From Prorocentrum cordatum (lineage: Eukaryota): a DNA stretch of 64,000 nucleotides. Position numbers and translations under genes: made by a program. This document shows, in pieces, positions 1-12,654 of this stretch. The notes below the pieces were generated by a model. That model saw only the letters and a program-made list of their open reading frames with translations. It did no database searches and had not been told where the DNA came from. The stretch is from the NCBI GenBank assembly GCA_963575745.1, contig CAUYUJ010000154.1, positions 1 to 64,000 of the forward strand, written 5' to 3'. Position 1 is the first letter of the stretch. Every line of letters begins with the position of its first letter.

Positions 1-201
1 CCTCCTCCTCCTCCCTCCTCCTCCTGCTCCTGCTCCTCCTCCTCTTCCTCCTCATCATCATCATCCTCCCCGTGGCTCTGCGTGCCTGCCCCCGGAGCCC
101 CGCGGGCCTCGGTACCCCCGAGCTCCTGGGCGTGTCTCGGGCGCGCGAGCCGCGCGAGCAGTCCCGTCGACGCTGCTCGGCCCAGTGCCGGGTCTGGGTT
201 T

Positions 202-410
202 TGGACGCCCGAAATGGGCACGGAAACAATGGGCACAATGCCCAACAGCAAGTGTTGTCCCGAACCAACAGCGGCCGCTGTTGGGCGGGCGGCCTTCTGA
301 ATCAAATGGACACAGGCCGCGGCGGCGCGGACAGCGAGTCCTGTTCAAAATGTACAAGAATTGCTGTTGGGCATTGTACCCATTCTTTCCGTACCCATTT
401 CGGGCGTCCA
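202..410. mobile_element. MITE family A (~50-bp TIRs); diverged relatives near 34410-34570, 40765-40960, 49915-50120, 51783-51996
   Basis: The left arm tggacgcccgaaatgggcacggaaacaatgggcacaatgcccaacagcaa is inverted at 361-410. The other copies share an internal cagcggccgctgttggg-like core. Confidence 0.85.
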
Positions 411-1291
411 GATGGGTGGGCCATCGGACTGCCAGCCGGTCCTCGATGGTCCTCGCCGAATGAAAAAATGCACACGTCCGAGCGATGCCAAGTGCAGGAG
501 GAGCTCGCACCCCCCCGTTCGTCTCCTCCGCCCCTCCCACACAAAGCCCTGCTTCCGCAAGGGAGGGGCGTTCCGTTTCCTCCGACCCTATCCGGCCTTC
601 CCTTCCCTTCGTAACAAAAGGGAATCGACCACAAGAAACCTTCCACGACAAACCCAACCCTGAGACCCCAGGACTTGCCTTGATTTTGTTGGTGTGGGGA
701 CGTCAAGCTTTCCGTGGAAGAACAATCGAAGCCCAAGAAACCCGGGCCACCCTGGAGGCAAGCAGGATGCTTCTTGGCATGGGTTTCCACTGTGGTGGCC
801 CTGAGCCGTTTTGATGGCTACGCACGGTCGGAGAGGGCAAACAACGCGGCCGCTGACGCTCCAGTGCGGTGCTGACTTAGCCAGACATGTTTTGACTACG
901 CGCAAGAGTGACCCTGGGTAAGAAAGACCTATGGTGCGCGGGAGGCCGAACAATAGCGCGAAAAACGCTACTACCGCATCGCGTTCGGCGATCGGGGGTC
1001 CCCGTTGGGCCCGCACCAAGGGGCACTCCGGCGAAAGGTCACTCTGACGTCCAGGCGAATGTTTGGCAGCTGCACCACGCGGCGCACCACCAGGGAAGAA
1101 TTTAGCCTCGCCGCCCCTGGCGTAGCGCAGAATGTTTCAAGAGCCAGGCAGGCGGAAGCTGCTCATCTACAACCGGAGAGCTCCCTGGCTGCCTCGCGCC
1201 CCCCCTTCTCACGGGCGGCGGCCGCGTCTGGATACACGCCCTTCTGGTCTGGACTCCGAGGTGCGATCCCGGGGGCACGCGGTCACAGGGG

Positions 1292-1420
1292 TATACATGC
1301 ATATATATATATATATATACATACATACATACATACATACATACATACATACATACATACATACATACATACATACACATCTATAGATATGTATATATGT
1401 ATGTGTGTATATGTACATAT
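1292..1420. repeat. (TA)n/(TACA)n microsatellite; also 19051-19150, 38143-38182, 58750-58832
   Basis: Direct reading. Confidence 0.97.
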
Positions 1421-1560
1421 GTTAGGCCTGGGGCATCCGCGAAAAGCTGCGCCACAGCCACGGGGTCGGTCCAGAGGCCCAGCCCGCGAGGCTGTGGATA
1501 CGGTTATGTGTCCCGCCCATGACCTCTTTCCGTTCTGTGAAGAAGAACTGGGACAGTCGT

Positions 1561-1757
1561 TCGGCGGCGAGCGGGGGGGGGAAGTGAGAAGGGGCGGGCC
1601 TTCTCAGAAGGCTCGGAAGTCCCCAGGCCTTCTGAGACGTTTCTAAGCATTCCACGAAGACACAGAAAACTTCTCAAAGGCGCGAGGGCTTCTGAGAAGT
1701 CCCGGCGTCTTCTGAGAAGGCCTTCTCCTTCTCACTTCCCCCCTCGCTCGCCGCCGA
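1561..1757. mobile_element. TCGG-ended MITE family D; relatives near 11680-11800, 21294-21477, 55675-55850, 61339-61450
   Basis: TIR tcggcggcgagcggggggggaagtgagaagg / ccttctcacttccccctcgctcgccgccga, with internal cttctcagaag/cttctgagaag palindromes. Confidence 0.85.
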
Positions 1758-1931
1758 GTAGAAGAACTGGAACTGGGACAATCGTGTCTGGAGGCTGCTC
1801 CACAGCAGGCCGCTTCAACGGCCCACCAGCACGAAAAGACAACCCGAAGGCGGGGGACACGAATCAGAGGAATGGAAGGGGAAAGCCTTAAGGTCCAGAA
1901 GGCTGCACTGGAGAAATAAAAACCGGCATAA

Positions 1932-2090
1932 GCATAAACTTTCGGGTGCTCCGCCCAGATTTCTCGGATCTGCGCTGGAACCCCCCTCCATGGCGCGCGG
2001 AGCGCGCCAGGGGTGGCGCCAGAGGCGCCGCCACAGGGGTCCCAGCGCGGATCCAAGAAATCCGCGCGCGCGAACCGCCAAACATTTATG
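1932..2090. mobile_element. MITE-like family E; relative near 34035-34155
   Basis: Ends are inverted (cataaa...tttatg). The motif ggatctgcgctgga..ccccc..tggcgcgcggagcgcg is shared with 34073-34111. Confidence 0.6.
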
Positions 2091-2774
2091 TTCATGCCTT
2101 TTTTTGTTATTCGATCCACGGCTCAAAGCCTCCATCGGGCGTTGGCAGAACTGGGTTTAGTGGGACCTGGTTTAGTGATGTGTACTGGGGGGCGCCCCCC
2201 CGCCCCGTTCCACTAACCGGGACTGCCCTCATCCGAAAAACACCAACTACGGCACACCTGGTTTACTGATCCTGGCCAATTTAGGAGCTCTGCGGCCCTA
2301 GCACTAACCGGGTCCCATTACATGGGGTCCTGGCTATACCCGACTCCAGCCGTTTCGCACACCTCGGACACCTCGGAGCACGGCTGGCCGTGGCACCAAC
2401 ACAAAACATACGGACGGGGCCACGCAGAGGCCCACCTGGCCGTGCCCTCAAAAAGATGCCGCCGGAATGCAGGAGGGGCGGAGAGAAACGAGGAGCCGAC
2501 GAGCGCGTTCCACTACTCGCAAAGTAACTCCGCGCAACTGGCCTGGATCCCCCGCCAGGGATCTACGATATATTACGTCAAAGCAAAGAGGTGTTTTTTT
2601 TCGGACGTTTGCGAGTAGGCACTTTGCGAGCAGTTGAACGCGCTCGGTGAAGGAGGGAGACGACGAGGACGGGGACCAGGAGGACGAGGAGATGCCGGGA
2701 GGCAGGAGTGAAGGGGCCCTGGGACACACAAATAAATACACACAAATAACAGAATTCCCAATATTTTCCTATAT

Positions 2775-4455
2775 TTCCCAACCATCCTGTGGTGTTGGGT
2801 CCTCGTTTTGAAGAGACGGTGCCCCGCGTCTCTCCTCCTCTCCTCCTCCTCCTCCTCCTCCTCCTCCTCCTCCTCCTCCTCCTCCTCCTCCTCCTCCTCC
2901 TCCTCCTCCTCCTCTCATCATCAGCATCATCATCATCGTCATCGTCACCGTCATCATCAGCATCATCATCATCATCATCGTTCTTATCACCATCGTCGTC
3001 ATCATCATCGCCGTCTCCATCATGGCCACACGTTTCGTGGACCCATAGTGAGCTCCACCGAAGGCCCCAGTGGCAAGGTCCGCATGCGGTTCCACCTCCA
3101 TTTCGGCGCACCCCTCACACGTTCGTGGCCCCATAGGGAGCTCCACCGAAGGCCCAAGTGTCAGGGTCCGCATGCGGTTCCACCTCCATTTCGGCGCACC
3201 CCTCACACGTTTCGTGGCCCCATAGGGAGCTCCACCGAAGGCCCAAGTGTCAGGGTCCGCATGCGGTTCCACCTCCATTTCGGCGCACCCCTCACACGTT
3301 TCGTGGCCCCATAGGGAGCTCCACCGAAGGCCCAAGTGTCAGGGTCCGCATGCGGTTCCACCTCCATTTCGGCGCACCCCTCACACGTTTCGTGGCCCCA
3401 TAGGGAGCTCCACCGAAGGCCCAAGTGTCAGGGTCCGCATGCGGTTCCACCTCCATTTCGGCGCACCCCTCACACGTTTCGTGGCCCCATAGGGAGCTCC
3501 ACCGAAGGCCCAAGTGTCAGGGTCCGCATGCGGTTCCACCTCCATTTCGGCGCACCCCTCACACGTTTCGTGGCCCCATAGGGAGCTCCACCGAAGGCCC
3601 AAGTGTCAGGGTCCGCATGCGGTTCCACCTCCATTTCGGCGCACCCCTCACACGTTTCGTGGCCCCATAGGGAGCTCCACCGAAGGCCCAAGTGTCAGGG
3701 TCCGCATGCGGTTCCACCTCCATTTCGGCGCACCCCTCACACGTTTCGTGGCCCCATAGGGAGCTCCACCGAAGGCCCAAGTGTCAGGGTCCGCATGCGG
3801 TTCCACCTCCATTTCGGCGCACCCCTCACACGCTTCGTGGCCCCATAGGGAGCTCCACCTGAGGCCCAAGTGGCAGGGTCCGCATGCAGTTCCACCTCCA
3901 TTTCGGCGCACCCCTCACACGTTTCGTGGCCCCATAGGGAGCTCCGCCTAAGGCCTAAGTGGCAGGGTCCGCATGCAGTTCCACTTCCATTTCGGCGCAC
4001 CCCTCACACGTTTCGTGGCGTCATAGGGAGCCCCGCCTAAGGCCCAAGTGGCACGGTCCGCATGCAGTTCCACCTCCATTTCGGCACACCCCTCACACGT
4101 TTCGTGGCCCCATAGAGAGCTCCGCCTAAGGCCCAAGTGGCAGGGTCCGCATGCAGTTCCACCTCCATTTCGGCGCACCCCTCACACGTTTCGCGGCCCC
4201 ATAGGGAGCTCCACCGAGGGCGCCAATGGCAGGGTCCGCATGCAGTTCCACCTCCATTTCGGCGCACCCCTCACACGTTTCGCGGCCCCACAGGGTGCTC
4301 CACCGAAGGCCCCAGTGGCAGGGTCCGCATGCAGTTCCACCTCCATTTGGCGCACCTCTCACACGCTTCGTGGCCCCATCGGGTGTTCCACCAACGACGA
4401 TACTTACAACGGCGGCATTCGGAATTGCGTATGGTTGGGCCCTTCGCCAGGATAA
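2775..4455. mobile_element. Helentron-like non-autonomous element carrying (CCT)n, (CAT)n and an 89-bp satellite (copy 1)
   Basis: The left end has a hairpin, CCCAAC-catcctgtggt-GTTGGG. The right end has TGGTTGGG, inverted to the left-end CCCAACCA. The element splits a family F repeat at a T-run with no clear TSD. The superfamily call is an inference. Confidence 0.7.
3027..4392. repeat. Tandem satellite, 89-bp unit, ~15.3 copies
   Basis: The unit begins cacacgtttcgtggccccatagggagctccaccgaagg and recurs at 3027, 3116, 3204, 3293 and on to 4272 and 4360. Units at about 3204-3826 are identical, and later units diverge. Confidence 0.98.
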
Positions 4456-4721
4456 TTTCTTGGTTTTTGTCTTCCCCCCCACTTCCCATATTTTCCTATA
4501 TTTTCCGTGGAATCGAGGATTAATTGTGTCTGTTCTGTGTGTGTTCTGTTCCTCCTGAAGCAAATCAGCAAAACAAACTGTGGGACTCCACGTCCCCCCC
4601 CCCCCTCAGCCACGAGCCGGAAACACGGCCTGGGTCCGGGCGGCCGCAAGAAGCCGAGGGAGGGAGGAGGACGAAGAGAAGAGCGAGGACGGGAGAAGCG
4701 TGGGGAAGTCTGGACCTCCTA

Positions 4722-4910
4722 CGGCAGGTTCGCGTCGTGTCGACCCCGGCGCTGGTTTCTGACACCGCGCTGGATCGTTCAACCTTGAACGATCGGCCGC
4801 TGCCGCAACGTCCGATCGTTCAACATCGACCGATTCTGGGTCGCCCGCGGCGTTCAACCTTGAACGCCGCTGGCGGGGTCGCCGCCGGTCGACACGACAC
4901 GAACCTACCG
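4722..4910. mobile_element. TA-flanked MITE family K; copies 57810-58003 and ~34576-34760
   Basis: TA|cggcaggttcgcgtcgtgtcgacc...ggtcgacacgacacgaacctaccg|TA, with internal ttcaaccttgaa palindromes. Confidence 0.9.
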
Positions 4911-6373
4911 TACTGGGGTGCGCTCCGACCAGATGTGCGTGGCGCGCCCGGCGGTGGCGACAAGGGCCTCCCCGGAGGCCCCGCAAGGGGAAAACGGCGG
5001 GAGGGCGGCGGAGGCCCGCTGCGCGTGGCGGAAGGGAGGAGGAGGAGGAGGAGGAGGAGGAGGAGGAGGAGGAGGAGCTGAAGGAGGAGGAGGAGGAGGA
5101 GGAGGAGGAGGAGCTGAAGGAGGAGGCGGAGGAGGAGGCGGAGGAGGAAGAGGAGGAGGAGCTGAAGGAGGAGGAGCAGGAGGAGGAGGAGGCTGAGGGC
5201 GCGAAGGCAGGGTGAGGAAGCCGCTGGCGAGGAGGAGGTGAGGCAGAAGACGAGGAGGAGGAGGAGGAGGAGGCGGCGGCGGCGGCAGCCGCACCAGCGC
5301 CACCAGCCGAGGCTGCAGGGACACGGCCGAGGCACCCGGGGGCCAGCTTGAGGAGGAGGAAGAGAACGACGACGAGGGCCCACCTTCAGCAGAAGGCGCC
5401 GAGGCGCCGGGAGACAGGAGGAGGAGGAGGAGGAGGAGGAGGAGGAGGAGGAGGAGGAGGAGGAGGAGGAGGAGGAAGAGGAGGCGGCCTGCTTGACAGG
5501 AAGAGGAGGAGGCGGCGGAGACAACGGCAACCACACCTAATTACGCCACGACGGCACGACCTCCGCCCTCCGTCCGCCCTCCGTCCCCCTTCCCCCGTTC
5601 CCGCCCCTTCCCGCCCCCTCCTTCCCCCGTCTGGGCCGCACGTACAGGCGTGCTTCCATTCCCCCCACCCCCGGTCTGGGTCCGGGGCCGTTGCCCGCAG
5701 ACCGTGGGGGTGTACAGTTTGTTTCAAGGTTGGACGGCGCCCTCACACGCCTGACCCCGGTGGCCATCCATCCTAAAAAGGGATGGGTGCCGGGGTCGCG
5801 GTTGCTGGAGGAGGAGGAGAGGAGGAGGAGGAGGAGGAGGAGGAGGAGGAGGGAGGTGAGGGGGAGGATGGGGAGGCGAGGGGGGAGGAGGAGGAGAAGG
5901 AGGAGGCGCGGAGGGGAGGAGGAGGAGGAGGAGGAGGAGGGGGAGGAGGAGAGGGAGGAGGGAGGAGGAGGAGGAGGAGAGGAGGAGGAGGAGGAGGAGG
6001 AAGGAGGAGGAGGATGGAGGAGGGGAGGAGGAGGGGAGGAGGAGGAGAAACAGGAGGAGCAGGAGGCGAAGGGTAGAGGTGTGGGCACCTCGAGCCCCGA
6101 TCGTTACCGCCCCACGGACGAGCGCCTGGCCAGGGCCCGCGCCCGCCCGCCGGCGCAGCTCGGGAGCGGTGGCGGTATGGCTAGCCCTGTGCCCCGGATG
6201 AGCATCACTCGGGGATAAGAAAGTTCGGGGATCTGTCGAGGATAATTTTAACGATTGTCCCGGGGCAGGTGATGTTAGTTATAAGTTATGATGATGCTGA
6301 CGACGACGATGACGACGACGATAATCATGATGATGCTGACGATGATGATAACGACGACGACGACGACGATGAC

Positions 6374-6416
<43 letters not shown>

Positions 6417-6488
6417 CTGATGATGCTGATGCTGATGCTGATGCTGATGATGATGATGATGATGATGGTAATGATAATGATAATGATA

Positions 6489-6542
<54 letters not shown>

Positions 6543-7096
6543 GTGGTGGTGATCCTGGGCACTCGTGTAGACTGACATTGCAGATCAGAGTTGCCACGCT
6601 CGGCGTTTCTGATGCTGCTGCTAGTCGACATGAGACGATAGCAACTCCGATTCGCAACTGGCCCCGTGGATTCTCAGGTTCGGCCTCCGCGCCCCTCTCC
6701 ACAATTACATCCTATTGAACTGGGATAAAAGATTCGGGAGCGGCCAAGAGGGGGGTGCCCAATAGGGGGGGTGCAAATCATGACCGGCGGCATGTGCGCG
6801 GCCCAGCGGGGGGGCCTGGGACGTAATGAAAGAAGAAGAGGCGCCATGAAATCTGGGAGAAGTATCATGGCCTGCGCCATGACATCCACCCCCCCCCCTA
6901 GTCATCACCCCCCTCTTTTCTGCCCCCGAAAATGGAGGGGGGAAAGGGGGGGTATGTTTTGCTATCCGGGGCACCCGGTTACCCATTCCTCCCCTCTGAT
7001 GCAGAGGAGGCGGCAGAAGCGGAGGACCGGAGGTGGCCGCGGCGGGGGCCAGCAGCAGCGGGCTCCGCTCCCCACGCAGCCCTCCCGCCTTCCTTC

Positions 7097-7259
7097 GGGG
7101 GCAAACAGACATACCTCGCTTCTGACCACCCTCGCTTCCAAGAGGTACCAAGCGATGCCGTACTACGGCCTGCACTGGTCAGGCCGCTTGACGAGGAGGC
7201 GCGTGGTATGGCTGGGTTTTCCCTGGAAATGAAAGCGGGGTAGGTAGTTCACGCTCTGA
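7097..7259 (+). repeat. Dispersed repeat family N (no obvious TIR); second copy 59518-59680
   Basis: Both loci align over gggggcaaaca..acctcgctt.tgaccaccctcgcttccaagag...aaagcggggtaggta.ttcacgctctga. Confidence 0.85.
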
Positions 7260-7469
7260 GAACAACACGCACCTATACCAATAGTGCAGGGGGACGGAGG
7301 GGGCTGTGGGTGCGTGTTGCCGGATGGGGTGTCCCCGCTCGAACGGGAGCTTCCCCAGGGTCCGACAACCCGCACCCATAGCCGTCGCCAGTCCTCCCCC
7401 TTCCGACCCTCCTGTGGGTATGGGTGTGTGTTGTTCGGTCGTCATACGCAGCCTTCCCTCCCATCGTTA

Positions 7470-7646
7470 CAGTGGAAGTTCGACTGCAAGAAACCTCCCA
7501 CAAGATACCCAACCCTGAGACCCCAGGACGTTCCATTGGTTTTGTTGGTGTGGGAACATCATGCGTTCAATAGCAGAGCCATCGAAACCCAAGACACTCC
7601 GGGCACCCTGGAGGCAAGCCGGGTGTTTCTTGGTGGGTTCTCACTG
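7470..7646. mobile_element. TA-flanked Tc1/mariner-like MITE family C; copies near 620-792, 26395-26565, 33385-33723, 36630-36806
   Basis: Boundaries are TA|cagtg...cactg|TA. The internal motif caccctggaggcaagcaggg is conserved across copies. Confidence 0.85.
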
Positions 7647-7650
7647 TAAG

Positions 7651-7817
7651 ACGAAGCCAGGACGAGGATAAATTCGGGTGAGGATAGATCGAGAATCTCT
7701 GAGATCTGGCGGCTCTGGAGGACGTCTCGGGCGCCGCGGCCTTCTCCGAACAATTCGGAACGCTCTGCGAGCGTCCCGTAACGCTCTGGAGAGGACTGAT
7801 CCTCGTCCCAGCCCCGT
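7651..7817. mobile_element. MITE family M; copies 20661-20832, 28539-28680, 38851-39042
   Basis: TIR acgaagccaggacgaggat / atcctcgtcccagccccgt. The motifs aattcgggtg and gcggctctgg are shared across copies. Confidence 0.85.
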
Positions 7818-9094
7818 CCCCTCCGTCCCCGTCGCCTCCCGCGCCTCAGCTTCCCTCCGCTCCCCGCGCAGAAGCCGCGACGGTGCCGCGGAGAAAGCCT
7901 CCGGCGGTGACGGGTCCGCCCTCGCCCGAGGCAACCTCCTCCAGCTCGTCCGGCTGCCGCGGGCACGTCCACGTTCACGACCACGGCGGCGCCCTCGAGC
8001 GAGGGGAGCGTCGACACGGTGCAGGCGCGACGAGCGGAGGAGGGGGAAAGGGAAACGGCGGGCACAATGAGGGAGGGGGGGATCAGAGAGCGGGCTTCTT
8101 TCGCATCCTCCTGCTGCTCCAGCTGTTGCTGCCGCGTGCCTCGTTCTCGTATTCCCGATGTCTGTTCACGCCGTCGTCCTCTTGATACTGGCCATCCTCC
8201 TTCCGGATCGGCCTTCTGCCCAGGCTCCCCTTCCTCCTCACCCTCCCACTTCACAGCATAACTCAACATACATGATCAACACGCTGTCGGATACCACTGC
8301 CATGCCAACACAGACTTGCATCAAGGCGATTAGTTGTCGAGATCCACTGCAGATTCTTCCTATCATCATGGGCACATGCTCTGCAAGAAGTCTGAATGCT
8401 CATCAAATGGGGCGCATGTCAACATCGCAAGGGTAGCATGAAGAAGAACGCTCGTGGACAACCCAAGATCCGCCAACCACGAGGCGGCGATGCATTTGAT
8501 GACGATGAACGAACGGTACCGACAGAAGAACAAAATCAAAATCGCTGCGGGAAAACAATGTCCCGCTGATCGCTTCGGCCTGGAGTGGACAGCGCGATTT
8601 CTTGCAGCATTCCCCAGAGAGGCCCCCTCGCCGCCGATCCTGTCTGTCGAGTGGGACACTGCTGGCGAAAGCGTGAACGCCCGGCTCATCTTCGCCTGGA
8701 GGACACATCCGTCATTGTCTCGGTGAGCCTGGGGGGGGGCCATGGTGGGTCAGAGCGGAAGGACAACATGCCGGAATCCCACATGCGACAAAGCCCTAGA
8801 TCCGCATACCGCTGGCGAATGCGTCCTCCCTCCCGACGGTCCTCGAAAACGAAAAATAATGTGCTGAGGGCGAAATGAGGTGCAGTCGAAATCCTGGCAT
8901 TGGGAAACTAACGCAAGGAGCGACATCCATTTGGTGCCGCAATTGCGCCTAGAATTGCAAGGCGCGCGGAAGCACCCGAGGACGGGCCCAAGGAACCCCG
9001 AGCATCTTCGGAATCTCAGTGAAATTTTGACTGCAGTCTTGCTTCCTGCAACGTGGGAAAACGTCGCTCGCTCCTGACGCAGGCGCCCCCAGAG

Positions 9095-9297
9095 TCGAAT
9101 CGACAAGTCGGATCGGCGATCGAAATGAGTCGGATCGGCGGAAATCGGCAGCCGAGTCGGGAGAAGTCGAATCGGCAGAAATCGGCAGGCTAGTGTGCCT
9201 CCAATAAGAAATCGGAGCCCAAATCGGAATCCCAAGTCGAATCGAATCGGAATCGGAAGCCATCGAAATCGAATCGAATCGAATCGGTGGAATCGAA
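9095..9297. repeat. Degenerate (AATCG/AATCGG)n repeat
   Basis: Runs of gaatcgaatcggaatcgg. Confidence 0.85.
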
Positions 9298-10983
9298 ACG
9301 AGCCCTGCTGACGTCGTGCCGACGACAGAAACCGTTCGAGACCGGCCCGACTCAGGCCGCCGGCAGCCTCAAAAGCAGCGAGCGCCGAACGCCCGCGCCG
9401 CCGCCGAGCATCGATGCGGGGCCCGACGTGCCGCACCCGGCCTCCCCCAGGCACGAGACGAGGTGGGGAGCGGGGAGCAACGGTGGGGGGAGGAGGGAGG
9501 AGGGGGGAGGAGGAGGAGGGGGAGGAGGAGGAGGAGGAGGAGGAGGAGGAGGAGGAGGAGGAGGAGGAGGAGGAGGAGGAGGAGGACGAGGAGGAGGAGG
9601 AGGAGGAGGAGGGGGAGGAGGGGGAGGAGGAGGAGGAGGGGGCGGAGGAGGAGGAGGAGGAGGAGGAGGAGGAGGAGGGGGGGGAAGAGCATCGACAGGG
9701 AATCAGCCACACATCGACGGTGGGCCCCCGACAATTGGCGAGTCCCACCGTGGCCTGGGCGGGGTGGGGCTGTCGGGCCCCCCTCTCTCGGCGTTCAGTA
9801 TGCGATCGGGGGCAACGATTGGAGATCCCCACGTCCAGCTCACAATTCAGGCCATGAGAGAAACGATTGACTGCTGATGCCGCGCAGAGCGTAACATGAA
9901 CGATGCCTTTCCCGCTTCCCTTGTCTCTCTGGTCGCTGCTCTTGAATGTTTCATTGACCCGTGCATCACTGCAGGATGTTTGACGCAGCACTCTCAGGAG
10001 AGGGGTGAACCAGCGTTTTGCTCGACAACAAAGTCAATGTTGACTTAAACAGCAATTTCTTCGAGATTGTCACTTTACTCTGGTCAAGCCTGCACCCCCT
10101 AACCCTGCCTTTTGGTGCATCTCTGGGGAACATCTTTTGTCCCATCGCGCCAGCCATCCGTGTCGCATCCATGTCGAATCCGTGTCGAACACGTCGAAAC
10201 GGCCAAATCTGTGTCGAATCCGTGGCGAATCCACGCCAAGACAGCGCCGAGTCCGCATCGAGCCAACGTCGGGAGCAGGACAAGGTACATGTTCTCGAGA
10301 CCGACGAGGTCCCCTTGTGATGCAACGTAACCTGCCCCCGAGAGAGGAGGGACGCATGTTGACATACGAATGCGATACGTCTTCCTTGGAGGCGTGCGTC
10401 CGACCTGGACAAATACTATGACCATCTTGTGGTTCACCGTTTCCCGAGCGAAACGGCCAAACAACGCCCGCCACGGACCTTACGCTATACGATTTCTCGG
10501 CGCGAACGTCGCCACTGGGGGACGACGCACACACGGCAAATGCTGGGAACTCAGACCCCCCCCCACCAAAAATGTCATCTCTGAGGGGCGCATGATTCAC
10601 TTCCGCCACCTTCCGCCGACTGTCCGCCAACTTCGCCGACGGCGGAGGCGGCTTCTGTTTGCCTCCGCCGACCTTCCACCGCCTTCCGCCGAAGAACAGA
10701 TGACAACTCCTCCGATCCTCGAAGGCGAAGCCCATTTTCGGAACGCTCCGCAATGTACTGGCACGCTTGGGCGACGCCGACGAGGGGCTCCGAACAAAAT
10801 GAAGGGGCCCAGGGACACACACACACATAACACGCACAAGTCCCATTACTCCCCACAGTTTCCACTACTTTCTGAGCCCTCGTCTTCCCCCCCCCACTCC
10901 CCGTAATTTTGTTAATTTTGTTTCCTGGGAGTCGACGATTCCTTTGTGTCGGCGTGTCTTCCCCATCCTGACCAATAGGACTA

Positions 10984-11508
10984 CCACGAAATGTTCTTAG
11001 AACCGAGAAATGTGCTAAGAAGAAAAAACGCTCTTAACACATAAGCCCGATGTGTTAAAGCAAAAAAGTATCGGCCAGACATGGTAGAAAAACATGTCGT
11101 GGAAACCACAAGAGGTTCTTAGAACACTCTTTGGTGGACCTAGAACTATAGGCGAGCCAGGACGCTTCGCTACTGCTTGAAGAGTGGGGCCGACCGCGCC
11201 CTGGGTCGCCCGAGGTAGGCCGGTGGTCGGTGGGCCGGCCAGGGGGGAGGGGGTCCACCAGGGACCTCGGAGGTGCAGCGTCGGGGGCCCACCCCGTAAC
11301 TCGGCAGGGGTGATGTCAAGCTGTGGCGAAGCGTCCCGGCTCGCCTGCAGGCCTGCCAAAGAATGTTCCAACAACCTGTAGTGGTTTCCACGAAGAGTTC
11401 TTAGAACATTTTTGTCTGGCACTGTCTTGTCTTAACGCATCGGGTTTATGTTCTAAGAACATTGTTTCTGTTCTTAGAACAAGTCTGGGTTCGAAGAACA
11501 TGTCGTGG
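10984..11508. mobile_element. Long-TIR (foldback/Mutator- or hAT-like) element with 8-bp TSD TAGGACTA
   Basis: taggacta|ccacgaaatgttctt...aagaacatgtcgtgg|taggacta. The imperfect inverted arms are about 190 bp and contain ttcttagaa sub-repeats. Confidence 0.8.
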
Positions 11509-12125
11509 TAGGACTATAGGAATGCCAAGACGGTCGGTCCCTGCTCAATGATGGCGTCTCGGCCCTCGACGCGAACCCGGCTCTGGGCCCGTGGCAACGA
11601 TGGCCCTCGCGAATCCCAGCGATCTAAATCCCGGAGGTCATGAGGCGTGGCTTGGCGGCGCGCAAGATGGGGTAGGGGGAGGGGGGAAGGCTTCTTAGAG
11701 GCACCCTGCTTCTTAGAAGGCCTCGGACTTACGTCTATAGAGAAGGCCCGCCCGCGCCTTCTAAGAACCAGGGGTGCTTCTAAGAAGCCCTCCCCTCTCC
11801 CCCCTCTGCGCGTGGCTGAGTGGCCCCCGAAGGCACCAAACGAACTCGGCCAGGAAACACCCGGCCCGGCTGAGCTCGGCCAGCCGTAGTCGGCCGGCTG
11901 ATCTCGACCAAGCTGAGCTCGGCCAGGCGGAATCCGGCCCGGGCAGAGCTCGGCCTGGCCGGACTCAGCTGGTCGAGTTCGGCCAGGCCGAGCGTCGCCC
12001 TTCCCAGTCTCTCCCCTCGCCATCGCTCGGACGTCACTTCCCCGAGCACGTGCCTAATTCGCGCGCACATGTTTCACATGATGCTTCAAGATGCTCTTCG
12101 ATGGTCCTTGCCGAGAAGCAGGGCG

Positions 12126-12622
12126 GGGAGGAGGAGGAGGAGGGGAAGGAGGAGGAGGAGGACGGGGAGGAGGAGGAGGAGGAGGAGGATGAGGAGGAGG
12201 AGGGGGAGGAGGAGGAGGGGGGGGTGAGGAGGAGGAGGAGGAGGAGTAGGAGGAGGAGGCCGAACCCCGACTTGACCGACAGCCGCCGCCGCCGCGGGCG
12301 TCGTCGCTGCCCGTGGCGCTCGTCGTGGGCGCCTCTCACTGCGGGGGGGCGCCGCTGGGCACGGGCGCCGCCGCAGCAGCCGCTGGGCCCCGGCGCCAGC
12401 TGCCTGAAGGCTCCTCCTCCTCCTCCTCCGGCGCATCCTCCTCTCCTCCTCCTCCTCCTCCTCCTCCTCCTCCTCCTCCTCCTCCTCCTCCTCCTCCTCC
12501 TCGAACTCCCGTCCTCCTCCTCCTCTCCTCCTCCTCCTCCTCCTCCCTTCCTCCTCCTCCTCCTCACTCCTCCTCTCATTCTCTCTTCCTCCTCATTCTC
12601 CCTCTTTTTTCTCCCCCTCCTC

Positions 12623-12654
<32 letters not shown>

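Noticed and set aside
3027..4392. CRISPR array or repeated small genes (identical 73/81-aa ORFs)
   Set aside because: This is a pure head-to-tail 89-bp repeat with no unique spacers and no cas genes. The ORFs are translations of the satellite.
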